Below are positions 26,828 to 33,489 of a DNA stretch of 33,489 nt, piece by piece. This DNA comes from Firmicutes bacterium UBA5496 (GTDB lineage Bacteria > Bacillota > Proteinivoracia > UBA4975). Numbering within the stretch: the stretch's first letter is position 1; the number at the start of each line of letters is the position of its first letter. The translations under genes and the position numbers were made by a program. The notes beneath the pieces were generated by a model. That model made no database searches, was not told the DNA's origin, and saw only the letters and a program-made list of their open reading frames with translations. The stretch lies in the NCBI GenBank assembly GCA_002427015.1, contig DIPE01000093.1:1-33489 (forward strand). The letters run 5' to 3'.

Positions 26828-27298
26828 GTGGATTTTCTGAAAGAGTATTGGTTTCAAATTGCTGCAGGCTTAACAGCCATATGCCTGCTAATTTATAATA
26901 TTATTTTATCCTGCCGTTTAAGGGCCTACAAAAAGATGACCCGTTTGTTGAAGGGCGGCACCCTGGAAGAACATATTCTTGAACTGGAAAAGCGTTTCCA
27001 GTCTCAGCAACAGACTATAGGCCACCTTGGCGACACAGTTGCGGCAGTGCAAACGCGGATTTCTCGCTTTCCTCAACACTGGCACTTGGTGCGTTACAAT
27101 GCCTTTGAAAAAACCGGCAGCGACCTGAGTTTTTCTTTGGCGCTGCTCAATGACAAGGCAGATGGCTTTGTCCTTACAGGTATTTTTGGCCGGGAAGACA
27201 CCCGGATTTATGCTAAGCCTGTTCTTAATGGCAAATCTCAGTACAATCTTTCCGAGGAAGAAAATTTGGCGATTAAGACCGCCATGGAATCCAAGTAG
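26828..27298 (+). CDS. DUF4446 family protein (N-terminal TM plus coiled coil)
   Basis: Features: an N-terminal TM helix, and then HLVRYNAFE..GSDLSFSLALLND..GFVLTGI. This family typically neighbours parB in Firmicutes. The start is GTG. Confidence 0.7.
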   Translation: MDFLKEYWFQIAAGLTAICLLIYNIILSCRLRAYKKMTRLLKGGTLEEHILELEKRFQSQQQTIGHLGDTVAAVQTRISRFPQHWHLVRYNAFEKTGSDLSFSLALLNDKADGFVLTGIFGREDTRIYAKPVLNGKSQYNLSEEENLAIKTAMESK

Positions 27299-27328
27299 AG
27301 CCGTATACCTGAGAGGGGGGGTGACTGT

Positions 27329-28237
27329 TTGAACAGAGAGAATAAAGATATTACAATTATGGTTGTGCCTCATTCCCAAAAACCGCCCGTCAGTTTTAAG
27401 TTTCCCTTGATTTTGCTGCAATGCGTAGGCTTTATCTTGATTTTTGTTCCTATATTACTGGTCAGTTTTTTTAATAGTTATAATTCTGCCAAGGCTGTGT
27501 TTCCGGAATTGGAACAGCTGCGGCTTGATAATCAAATTAAAAGCGAGCTTATCGGACAACTGGCCAATGAGACAGAAATGATGCTGGAAAACCTCAAGCG
27601 GGTTCAAAACCTGGAAAAAGAACTGCTGGAATTAAATGATTTGGAAGGCTCCCTTGCGGAACCGGTATCTCCTACCAGTCAAAAAGAGGCTCCGAATTTT
27701 CGCAGCTATCTGGCAACCCGGGAGTATACATCCATTGACCGAACCTTCTCCGGCATTGAGGTCTTGCAGGCAACCCTCCCTGAGCAGGAGGACCGCATGG
27801 TCACCCTCAAAGAAAACATCGAGGAACAGCAGCGCCGGGAAGCAGCCACACCCTCACGCTGGCCCACCTGGGGGCACATTACCTCGGGCTTTGGCTGGCG
27901 CAGACATCCTGTAACCCGCGCCAGGGATTTTCACCCTGCTATTGATATTGCCGGCAGCAATATCTATGGGCGGCCGATTTATGCTACCGGAACGGGCAGA
28001 GTTATCTATGCAGGCTACCTCTCCACATATGGCAAGTTGGTTATTATCAACCATGGCTATGGATTTGAAACATATTACGCTCACCAGAGCAGGATTAAGG
28101 TGAAAGTCGGTGACGTGGTGGAAGGCGGAACGATAATTGGCTACGTCGGCAATACTGGCAGATCCACCGCTCCTCACCTTCACTATGAAATTCGCCGCTG
28201 GGGCGAGGCAGTAAACCCAGTCAAATATTTACCCTAG
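27329..28237 (+). CDS. M23/LytM-family metallopeptidase with N-terminal TM and coiled coil
   Basis: The zinc/catalytic motifs HPAID (HxxxD) and HLHYE (HxH) are intact, with GNTGRSTAPHLH. The start is either TTG 27329 or ATG 27359. Confidence 0.9.
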   Translation: MNRENKDITIMVVPHSQKPPVSFKFPLILLQCVGFILIFVPILLVSFFNSYNSAKAVFPELEQLRLDNQIKSELIGQLANETEMMLENLKRVQNLEKELLELNDLEGSLAEPVSPTSQKEAPNFRSYLATREYTSIDRTFSGIEVLQATLPEQEDRMVTLKENIEEQQRREAATPSRWPTWGHITSGFGWRRHPVTRARDFHPAIDIAGSNIYGRPIYATGTGRVIYAGYLSTYGKLVIINHGYGFETYYAHQSRIKVKVGDVVEGGTIIGYVGNTGRSTAPHLHYEIRRWGEAVNPVKYLP

Positions 28238-28249
28238 GAGGCGATATTA

Positions 28250-28636
28250 ATGTTTAGCAAGAAAGAAGAAATCGACAGCACAAAAATAGATACCATTATC
28301 GGCAAAGAGACTGTGATAAACGGGACCATTGAGGCAAAGGGAATCCTTAGGGTCGAAGGAAAGGTTACCGGCCAGCTCAATACCAACGGCGATATTATTG
28401 TTGCCGCCAGCGGCTTGGTGGAAGCTGAGATCAAGTGCCGCAGCATTTCCATTGCCGGAACCATTCGCGGCAATATCGAGTCTGCAGGTATTTTGGAAAT
28501 TGAACCCTCGGGAAAACTCTACGGAGACATCACCGTTGCCAAGCTTGCTATTGGCGACGGCGCTGTATTCCACGGCGCCTGCAAAATGCAGGGGCAGAAT
28601 CAGCCTCTTCCCGATAAAAATAAGCCAGCAAAATAA
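28250..28636 (+). CDS. Bactofilin (DUF583) cytoskeletal protein
   Basis: It has repeating beta-helix windings (I.G.I...G.L.V.G.V.G) and the N-terminal MFSKK motif seen in many bactofilins. Confidence 0.9.
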   Translation: MFSKKEEIDSTKIDTIIGKETVINGTIEAKGILRVEGKVTGQLNTNGDIIVAASGLVEAEIKCRSISIAGTIRGNIESAGILEIEPSGKLYGDITVAKLAIGDGAVFHGACKMQGQNQPLPDKNKPAK

Positions 28637-28640
28637 AGCA

Positions 28641-28678
28641 AAAGCCGGGCATTTAGCGATGCCCGGCTTTTTTGTTTT
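28641..28678. terminator. Bidirectional terminator shared by bactofilin (+) and yyaC (-)
   Basis: AAAGCCGGGCAT-ttagcg-ATGCCCGGCTTT forms a 12-bp stem flanked by an A-rich 5' side and a TTTGTTTT 3' side. The yyaC stop lies in the loop. Confidence 0.8.
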
Positions 28679-29240
28679 GAAAGGCAAAGGCTGAAAGCAG
28701 CCCGGCGCAAATTACATCGGCCATTTTTGTCACCAGCGAGAGCCTGGTATTCTGAAGGACGAAGTATTCCATAAATCCGCCCACATTGACGATGCCAGTG
28801 ATATACACATCCCCTACCTGGGGCAGGCGCTTATTGACTCCAGCCCCGGGCTGCAAGGCCCCCGGGCCGATATTGACCAAGCCAACTCCATCCATATTGC
28901 CCAAGGAAGCATCAATCGCCACCGTCCATTTTGGGGGATTAGCCTGAATGCGCTCAAGGGTTTCGGCAAGATTGGCTGCATGGACTGGATGCTCCAGGCA
29001 GCCGACAATTTGAAAGGGCGGCTCATGTTCCATGAGCTTGCTGCCAGTCAGCGGTCCCAAGCTGTCGCCGGTGGAGCGGTCGGTGCCGATGCAGAGAATT
29101 AATATATCCTGGGGGGAAGGGATGACTGAACACAGTGAAATCAGGGCCTGGCTGATAACCTCTGAGGCATCGGGCTGATTATATTTAATTCGAGCAAAGT
29201 GCTGGGGCGGGGAATTGTTTTTTGCCATAACAGCCTCCAA
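28653..29240 (-). CDS. yyaC: Spore protease YyaC (GPR-like endopeptidase family)
   Basis: LCIGTDRSTGDSLGPLTGSKL matches the YyaC signature. The start may be the MAKNN ATG at 29228. Confidence 0.8.
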   Translation of the reverse strand: MEAVMAKNNSPPQHFARIKYNQPDASEVISQALISLCSVIPSPQDILILCIGTDRSTGDSLGPLTGSKLMEHEPPFQIVGCLEHPVHAANLAETLERIQANPPKWTVAIDASLGNMDGVGLVNIGPGALQPGAGVNKRLPQVGDVYITGIVNVGGFMEYFVLQNTRLSLVTKMADVICAGLLSAFAFQNKKAGHR

Positions 29241-29322
29241 TAACAGTGCGCTATTTCATGTGTATGTATGCCTGTCACATAAAATGCCAGGGCGATGAAT
29301 AAATTGCTTCTGAGGTGTTGTT

Positions 29323-30330
29323 ATGTCCAAAAATTCTTTTGCTGTGGCAATGACCTATTGCGGGGCTGTAATCGGAGCCGGTTTTGCCACCGGCCGGGAA
29401 GTAGTGGATTTTTTCTCGGGATACGGCAATCGGGGCCTGGCCGGAGTAGGCCTGGCAACCCTGATGTTCGCCTGGGTAGGGGTTGTAATACTAGATGTTA
29501 CCCACCGCAATCCAGTTTATTCTTATTTAGATCTGCTGAAGATTGTCTTGCCGTGGAAGTGGCTGGTCTTGCTAACAGATTTTATGTTTTTGGCAACTTT
29601 ACTTGCCGGAGTAGGAGTAATGACTGCAGCTGGGGGAACTGTGCTAAAAGGCTGGGGGCTGCGCTATGCTATTGGCTGCGCAGGTTTTTTAGCGCTGTGT
29701 ATTCTGCTTTTGCGCACTGGGGGAAAAGGATTTATCAAGGCTAATTGTTGGCTGGTGCCGGGAATGGCGGCGGCAATACTCATTCTGTGCATTGCTCAAG
29801 TCAGTGTGCCCGCTCTGGGAGGATATGTGCGGGGGCCATTTAGTTCAGCCCTGTTGTATGTCTCTCTCAATACCGCTATTGCCGGGGTGGCCATGAGCAC
29901 CCTCAAAGATAAGCTGGATCAGCAGGCAGTGCTACTTGGCGGTTTCGGCGGCGGGCTGTTGATCGGTTTATTGCTGCTGGTCATATATGGGGCCACAGCA
30001 GGGATGGAAAGTTATGAAATTCCCTTGCTGCGATTGGCGGAAATCTGGCTGGGAAAATGGCAGTGGGTCTATGCCCTGGTTTTGTTTGCAGCGGTGCTTA
30101 CAACCGCCTTGGCCAATTTGCATGGCCTGGCCAGCAGGGTGGTCAAAGGGCGGGAGTATTGGCTGTGTGTGATTGGCACAGCCTGTGCGGGATTTATTAT
30201 TGCGCAGTGCGGTTTTGCCAGTCTGGTGGCTTTTCTCTACCCTTTGTTGGGACTATGCAATATAGTCCTTTTGGCAGGTTTATGCTATTATAGTCTCAAT
30301 AAGTGCAAAATAGTTAGAAGAAACAGGTGA
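29323..30330 (+). CDS. YkvI-family membrane transporter-like protein
   Basis: The N-terminus AMTYCGAVIGAGFATGREVVDFF is characteristic of the YkvI/YyaD family. It has about 10 TM segments and a GAGGTG SD. Confidence 0.75.
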   Translation: MSKNSFAVAMTYCGAVIGAGFATGREVVDFFSGYGNRGLAGVGLATLMFAWVGVVILDVTHRNPVYSYLDLLKIVLPWKWLVLLTDFMFLATLLAGVGVMTAAGGTVLKGWGLRYAIGCAGFLALCILLLRTGGKGFIKANCWLVPGMAAAILILCIAQVSVPALGGYVRGPFSSALLYVSLNTAIAGVAMSTLKDKLDQQAVLLGGFGGGLLIGLLLLVIYGATAGMESYEIPLLRLAEIWLGKWQWVYALVLFAAVLTTALANLHGLASRVVKGREYWLCVIGTACAGFIIAQCGFASLVAFLYPLLGLCNIVLLAGLCYYSLNKCKIVRRNR

Positions 30331-30337
30331 TGGTTCC

Positions 30338-30682
30338 ATGCGGGGTGAGGGAAAGCGCTGGGCAGCCGCTGTTCTTCTCTTTGCAGGCTTGCTGGTTCTT
30401 GCCGCAGCTGTATCGAGATTGCTGGCATTAATCCATATGGCGCCTTGGCTGCATGCATTTCTTGTCTTTGCAGCCACTAAAATACTGGCAGATATTCTTG
30501 CTGCTATTTTCCGGTCCAAAGAAAAAAAATATCTGTTCTTTGAAGATTATCTCAGGGAAATTCTGCTCTTCTTCGCAGTCGCTGCCATTTGCGTCCTTGG
30601 CATTGAAGCGGTGCAGCACTATCTGCAGGGCAGGATTTGGCTGCCTTTGCCTGCGGCTGCCATCATCATGATTTGGCGCTGA
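30338..30682 (+). CDS. Hypothetical small membrane protein (3-4 TM)
   Basis: The call rests on a hydrophobic profile and tight packing with the neighbours (7 nt after ykvI). I recognise no family. Confidence 0.45.
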   Translation: MRGEGKRWAAAVLLFAGLLVLAAAVSRLLALIHMAPWLHAFLVFAATKILADILAAIFRSKEKKYLFFEDYLREILLFFAVAAICVLGIEAVQHYLQGRIWLPLPAAAIIMIWR

Positions 30683-30716
30683 TTTCCTTTCCCAACGGAA
30701 GACAGGGAGGGTTAGA

Positions 30717-31304
30717 ATGTTTCCATGGCTGGACCTTTTGCTGGCTGGAGTTGTTGCCTGGGGGGCGGTGACAGGGTATCTTGCAGGTTTTAAGCGGGCA
30801 TTGACCAGGTTATGCGCGCTCATTGGGGCTTTGCTTATCTCCCTGCCTTTTGCCGGCAACTGCGCCGTTTATCTGGGTCCTAAGCTGGAGCCAATTTTTA
30901 CCGCCGGCTTTCAGGACTTGGCCATAACCGCGGGAACTGCCTCGCCCTTACTAGGGCCCTGGCAGGATGTCCTGACAATCGAAACAATTACCGGGGAAAG
31001 TTTACAGCTATTAATCGCCTTGGGCGTCAAGGTCGCTGCCTTGAGCTTTTTGATGTTGACCTTGCTGATTGCCTTTAGGCTGCTGGAAAAACCGAAAATA
31101 CCCGTTTCTGGCGCCGGCGGCTTAGCTGCGGGAGTGCTACTGGGGTTAGCAACAGTAATCTTTTTCTTGGCCATAGCACCGGTTTTAGTCCTGGGCAAGG
31201 CCGGGGCAGTGCTGGCAACAGCAGCGGGAGAATCTTGGCTGGCCAGGTGGTTGAGCCCATTGGTACATGCCCTGGTGCATTTCCTGGCCCCTTTTGTCTT
31301 ATAG
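30717..31304 (+). CDS. CvpA-family membrane protein (tentative)
   Basis: The N-terminus WLDLLLAGVVAWGAVTGYLAGFKRALTRL resembles the CvpA start (helix then GxxRGF). It has 4-5 TM segments. Confidence 0.5.
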   Translation: MFPWLDLLLAGVVAWGAVTGYLAGFKRALTRLCALIGALLISLPFAGNCAVYLGPKLEPIFTAGFQDLAITAGTASPLLGPWQDVLTIETITGESLQLLIALGVKVAALSFLMLTLLIAFRLLEKPKIPVSGAGGLAAGVLLGLATVIFFLAIAPVLVLGKAGAVLATAAGESWLARWLSPLVHALVHFLAPFVL

Positions 31305-31307
31305 GAG

Positions 31308-31496
31308 GTGGGTGCAATCTACGCTCCCGGAGATATTGTGCAATTAAAAAAACCCCATCCCTGTGGGGCCAATCAGTGGAAGATAGTGCGTGTAGGGATG
31401 GATTTTCGCTTTCAGTGCTGCAATTGCGGCCGCAGTATCCTTGTTCCCCGCAAGCAAGCAGAAAAGTCCATCCGCAAAGTGCTGTCTTCCGGTTAG
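31308..31496 (+). CDS. DUF951 protein (YyzM-like zinc-ribbon protein)
   Basis: DIVQLKKPHPCGANQWKIVRVGMDFRFQCCNCGRSILVPR is the DUF951 signature, in the conserved slot upstream of rpsF. The start codon is uncertain (see findings). Confidence 0.8.
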   Translation: MGAIYAPGDIVQLKKPHPCGANQWKIVRVGMDFRFQCCNCGRSILVPRKQAEKSIRKVLSSG

Positions 31497-31497
31497 C

Positions 31498-31525
31498 TTG
31501 CATGTGCAGGTCTTTGTGTTATAAT
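31498..31525 (+). promoter_or_regulatory. Sigma-A promoter of rpsF-ssb-rpsR
   Basis: TTGCAT (31498-31503), a 16-nt spacer, then TGt-TATAAT (31520-31525, extended -10). Confidence 0.7.
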
Positions 31526-31589
31526 ATTAAATTGTCCCCCTGCTTCAACTTTGATTGAAGCCGCTAGTCCATAGGAGGAGGTGAAAGAT
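31526..31589 (+). promoter_or_regulatory. rpsF 5' leader with hairpin and possible anti-SD (candidate S6:S18 autoregulatory leader)
   Basis: A 7-bp hairpin GCTTCAA-cttga-TTGAAGC... spans 31542-31561. The C-run TCCCCCT at 31535-31541 is complementary to the AGGAGGA SD at 31573-31579. Confidence 0.35.
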
Positions 31590-31877
31590 ATGCGCAAATA
31601 CGAAATGCTATACATTGTCCAGCCCGACTTGGATGAGGAGCAGAATAATGGTCTTCAGGAAAGAGTCGCTGCCATCATTGCCGAACAGGGTGGCCAGGTG
31701 GGCGAAGTCAAACAATGGGGAAAACGGCATTTTGCCTACGAAATTGCTGATTTCAGTGATGGGAATTACATCGAGCTGCATTTTGAGGGAACTCCTCAGG
31801 TAGTGGCCGAGCTGGATCGGGTTATCAAGATAACCGAAGGGATCCTGAGGCATATCATTGTGCGGGTAGATGAATAA
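31590..31877 (+). CDS. rpsF: 30S ribosomal protein S6
   Basis: The [10 protein letters not shown] start follows a GGAGGAGGTG SD. The GTG at 31581 given in the ORF track lies inside the SD. Confidence 0.95.
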   Translation: MRKYEMLYIVQPDLDEEQNNGLQERVAAIIAEQGGQVGEVKQWGKRHFAYEIADFSDGNYIELHFEGTPQVVAELDRVIKITEGILRHIIVRVDE

Positions 31878-31897
31878 TTTGGAGGGGAGATGATTTT

Positions 31898-32296
31898 TTG
31901 TTAAACCGGGTGATTCTAATAGGCCGGTTGACCAGGGATCCGGAATTGAAATATATTCCTTCAGGGGTTCCTGTGGCATCCTTTACCCTCGCAGTAGACC
32001 GCCCTTTTCTCAATAAAGAGGGGGAAAGGGAAGCAGATTTTATCCCTATCGTTGTTTGGCGAAAACAGGCGGAGAACTGTGCTAACTATCTGGGCAAGGG
32101 CAGCCTTGTGGCTGTGGATGGAAGAATGCAGGTGCGGACTTATGAACAGGATGGTCAGCGCAGGTATATCACCGAAGTAATTGCTGACAGTGTCCGTTTC
32201 CTGGACCGGAAGGGCGAACAGAGCGCCCGCACGGCCAATTCCGGCTTTGAACAGTACGGCACTGATGCCGGCGCCGATGACGATATCCCATTTTAG
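31898..32296 (+). CDS. ssb: Single-stranded DNA-binding protein
   Basis: The OB fold starts [19 protein letters not shown] and the protein ends in the canonical acidic tip DDDIPF. The start is TTG, 8 nt after GGAGGGGAG. Confidence 0.95.
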   Translation: MLNRVILIGRLTRDPELKYIPSGVPVASFTLAVDRPFLNKEGEREADFIPIVVWRKQAENCANYLGKGSLVAVDGRMQVRTYEQDGQRRYITEVIADSVRFLDRKGEQSARTANSGFEQYGTDAGADDDIPF

Positions 32297-32311
32297 ATTG
32301 GAGGCAATAAG

Positions 32312-32539
32312 ATGCGCAAGGAAAGAGGCAGAAAGCGCAAGCGCGTATGCAGTTTCTGCGTAGACAAGGTTACGCATATTGACTACAAAAGCCCAGATAA
32401 GCTGCGGCGTTACATTTCCGAACGGGGCAAAATCCTGCCCAGGCGTATTACTGGCAACTGTGCCGGACATCAACGTCAGTTGACCCTGGCCATCAAGCGT
32501 GCCCGCTACATGGCCCTGATGCCATACACAACGGAATAG
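32312..32539 (+). CDS. rpsR: 30S ribosomal protein S18
   Basis: It shows CSFC...IDYK, a [16 protein letters not shown] segment, QRQL and AIKRAR. Confidence 0.95.
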   Translation: MRKERGRKRKRVCSFCVDKVTHIDYKSPDKLRRYISERGKILPRRITGNCAGHQRQLTLAIKRARYMALMPYTTE

Positions 32540-32545
32540 ATAAAC

Positions 32546-32570
32546 GGGGCAAGAAATTGCCCCTGTTTTG
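32546..32570 (+). terminator. Rho-independent terminator after rpsR
   Basis: GGGGCAA-gaaa-TTGCCCC followed by TGTTTTG. Confidence 0.75.
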
Positions 32571-32586
32571 TCCGGGAGGGGAGTAA

Positions 32587-32901
32587 ATGACTGCAAATCG
32601 CATTGATATTGCCCGCAACCTGAAAATAATTGAGGGTCTGAAAGTGCAATTGCTGTCGGTAATTGCCGAGCTGTTTTCCGGTCTCTACAGAGGCTTGGAA
32701 GACAATGTGCTGGATGCTCTCAGTGCGGCAATTGTCATCCTGTTCAGCATGGCGGATCGCTTAGGGATCAGCATTCGCCGTATGGATATGGCCGTGGAAG
32801 AAAAATTGCAAGACAGGGCAGCCAATCCCGAAAACAGTTTGCGCCAGTTTGAAGCTGAATTATTAAGTTATTGGCGAGGCAAGCTCAGAGATGAGGAATA
32901 G
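32587..32901 (+). CDS. Small all-helical protein, possibly MazG-like NTP pyrophosphohydrolase fold
   Basis: The pattern AE..(x)..LED.VLDAL..(x)..ADRLGI..(x)..EEKL resembles the MazG-like EExxE/D helices. The SD is GGGAGGGGAG. This is a tentative, pattern-only call. Confidence 0.4.
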   Translation: MTANRIDIARNLKIIEGLKVQLLSVIAELFSGLYRGLEDNVLDALSAAIVILFSMADRLGISIRRMDMAVEEKLQDRAANPENSLRQFEAELLSYWRGKLRDEE

Positions 32902-32938
32902 CTCTTTGAGCCAGGATTAGATGTAAGGGGGAGTTTCC

Positions 32939-33382
32939 ATGAAGGTAATTCTGAAGGCAAAGGTAAAAGGAGTGGGCAACGCCGGCGAAGTCAAGGACGT
33001 TTCCGATGGCTACGCCCGAAACTTTTTATTGCCCAAAGGGCTGGCAGTTACTGCAGATGCCAACGCCCTCAAATCCCTGGAGCAACAGCTGCAGCAGGCA
33101 GATAAGAGGGATGAACGGGAATTAACCCGCAGTCAAAATCTCAAAGAAAAAATCGAAAACTTAAAACTTAGTTACAAGGTCAAAGCGGGAGAAGGCGGGC
33201 GCCTGTTTGGTGCAGTCACCAGCAAAGATATTGCCGATGAAATGGCTCGCATGGGGGTCAAAGTCGACCGCCGCAAGATTATGCTGGAGGAACCAATTCG
33301 GCAGCTGGGAAGCTATGAATTGGAAATACGCTTGCATCCCCAGGTAACCGCCAATTTGACCCTTGCTGTGGAAACAGACTAA
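32939..33382 (+). CDS. rplI: 50S ribosomal protein L9
   Basis: It starts MKVILK..V...G..G.V.DVSDGYARNFLLPKGLA and is 147 aa. Confidence 0.95.
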   Translation: MKVILKAKVKGVGNAGEVKDVSDGYARNFLLPKGLAVTADANALKSLEQQLQQADKRDERELTRSQNLKEKIENLKLSYKVKAGEGGRLFGAVTSKDIADEMARMGVKVDRRKIMLEEPIRQLGSYELEIRLHPQVTANLTLAVETD

Positions 33383-33446
33383 TTTTTTAAAAAACAAATA
33401 AGGGTTGACACAAAAATTTTTCTATAGTATCCTCTTATAGTGTCTT

Positions 33447-33489
33447 GAGCCATTAGCTCAGTTGGCAGAGCACCTGACTTTTAATCAGG
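33447..33489 (+). tRNA. tRNA-Lys(TTT), 5' part (cut by the window edge)
   Basis: GAGCCATTAGCTCAGTTGGCAGAGCA-CCTGA-CTTTTAA-TCAGG has a Lys-type acceptor and D-arm, with anticodon TTT. Confidence 0.85.

Noticed and set aside
33405-33433. TTGACA (33405-33410) upstream of tRNA-Lys as a promoter.
   Set aside because: The -10-like hexamers (TATAGT, TAGTAT) sit only 12-14 nt downstream, and the hexamer at 17-nt spacing is TATCCT. The geometry is not convincing, although some promoter is probably in this spacer.

Overview
This window is the chromosomal replication-origin region of an endospore-forming Firmicute. It looks Clostridia/Peptococcaceae-like on synteny, but the taxon is a guess. A bipartite oriC flanks dnaA: DnaA-box clusters at 14651-14872 and 13200-13299, and a 92% AT unwinding element at 13133-13170. 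Gene orientation flips at oriC. To the left, everything is on the minus strand: dnaA-dnaN-yaaA-recF-remB-gyrB-gyrA, a split three-gene NHEJ operon (ku, ATP-dependent ligase, LigD-type polymerase), an EF-G paralogue, and a tRNA operon (4 Ser, 2 Arg) with tadA embedded in it. To the right, all genes except yyaC are on the plus strand. The order is rpmH (44 aa, absent from the ORF track)-rnpA-yidD-yidC-jag-mnmE-mnmG-rsmG-noc-soj-spo0J plus a perfect parS. Next come a class-V PLP enzyme, a DUF554 membrane protein, a D-TA/alanine-racemase-fold PLP enzyme and an orphan 74-aa ORF. After that come DUF4446, an M23 peptidase, a bactofilin, yyaC, a YkvI-family transporter, two further membrane proteins, DUF951, rpsF-ssb-rpsR, a small MazG-like protein, rplI and a truncated tRNA-Lys. 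I found no transposase, integrase, CRISPR array, toxin-antitoxin pair or recognisable defence genes, and I cannot honestly point to a clear novel system. The most interesting items are local: tadA inside a tRNA polycistron with its own substrate, an EF-G paralogue with the catalytic His replaced by Tyr and possibly co-transcribed with NHEJ genes, NBS-like palindromes inside oriC next to a Noc-type ParB paralogue, and a DUF4446-M23-bactofilin module beside parABS. All protein calls rest on motif and synteny recognition by eye; no database search was run.
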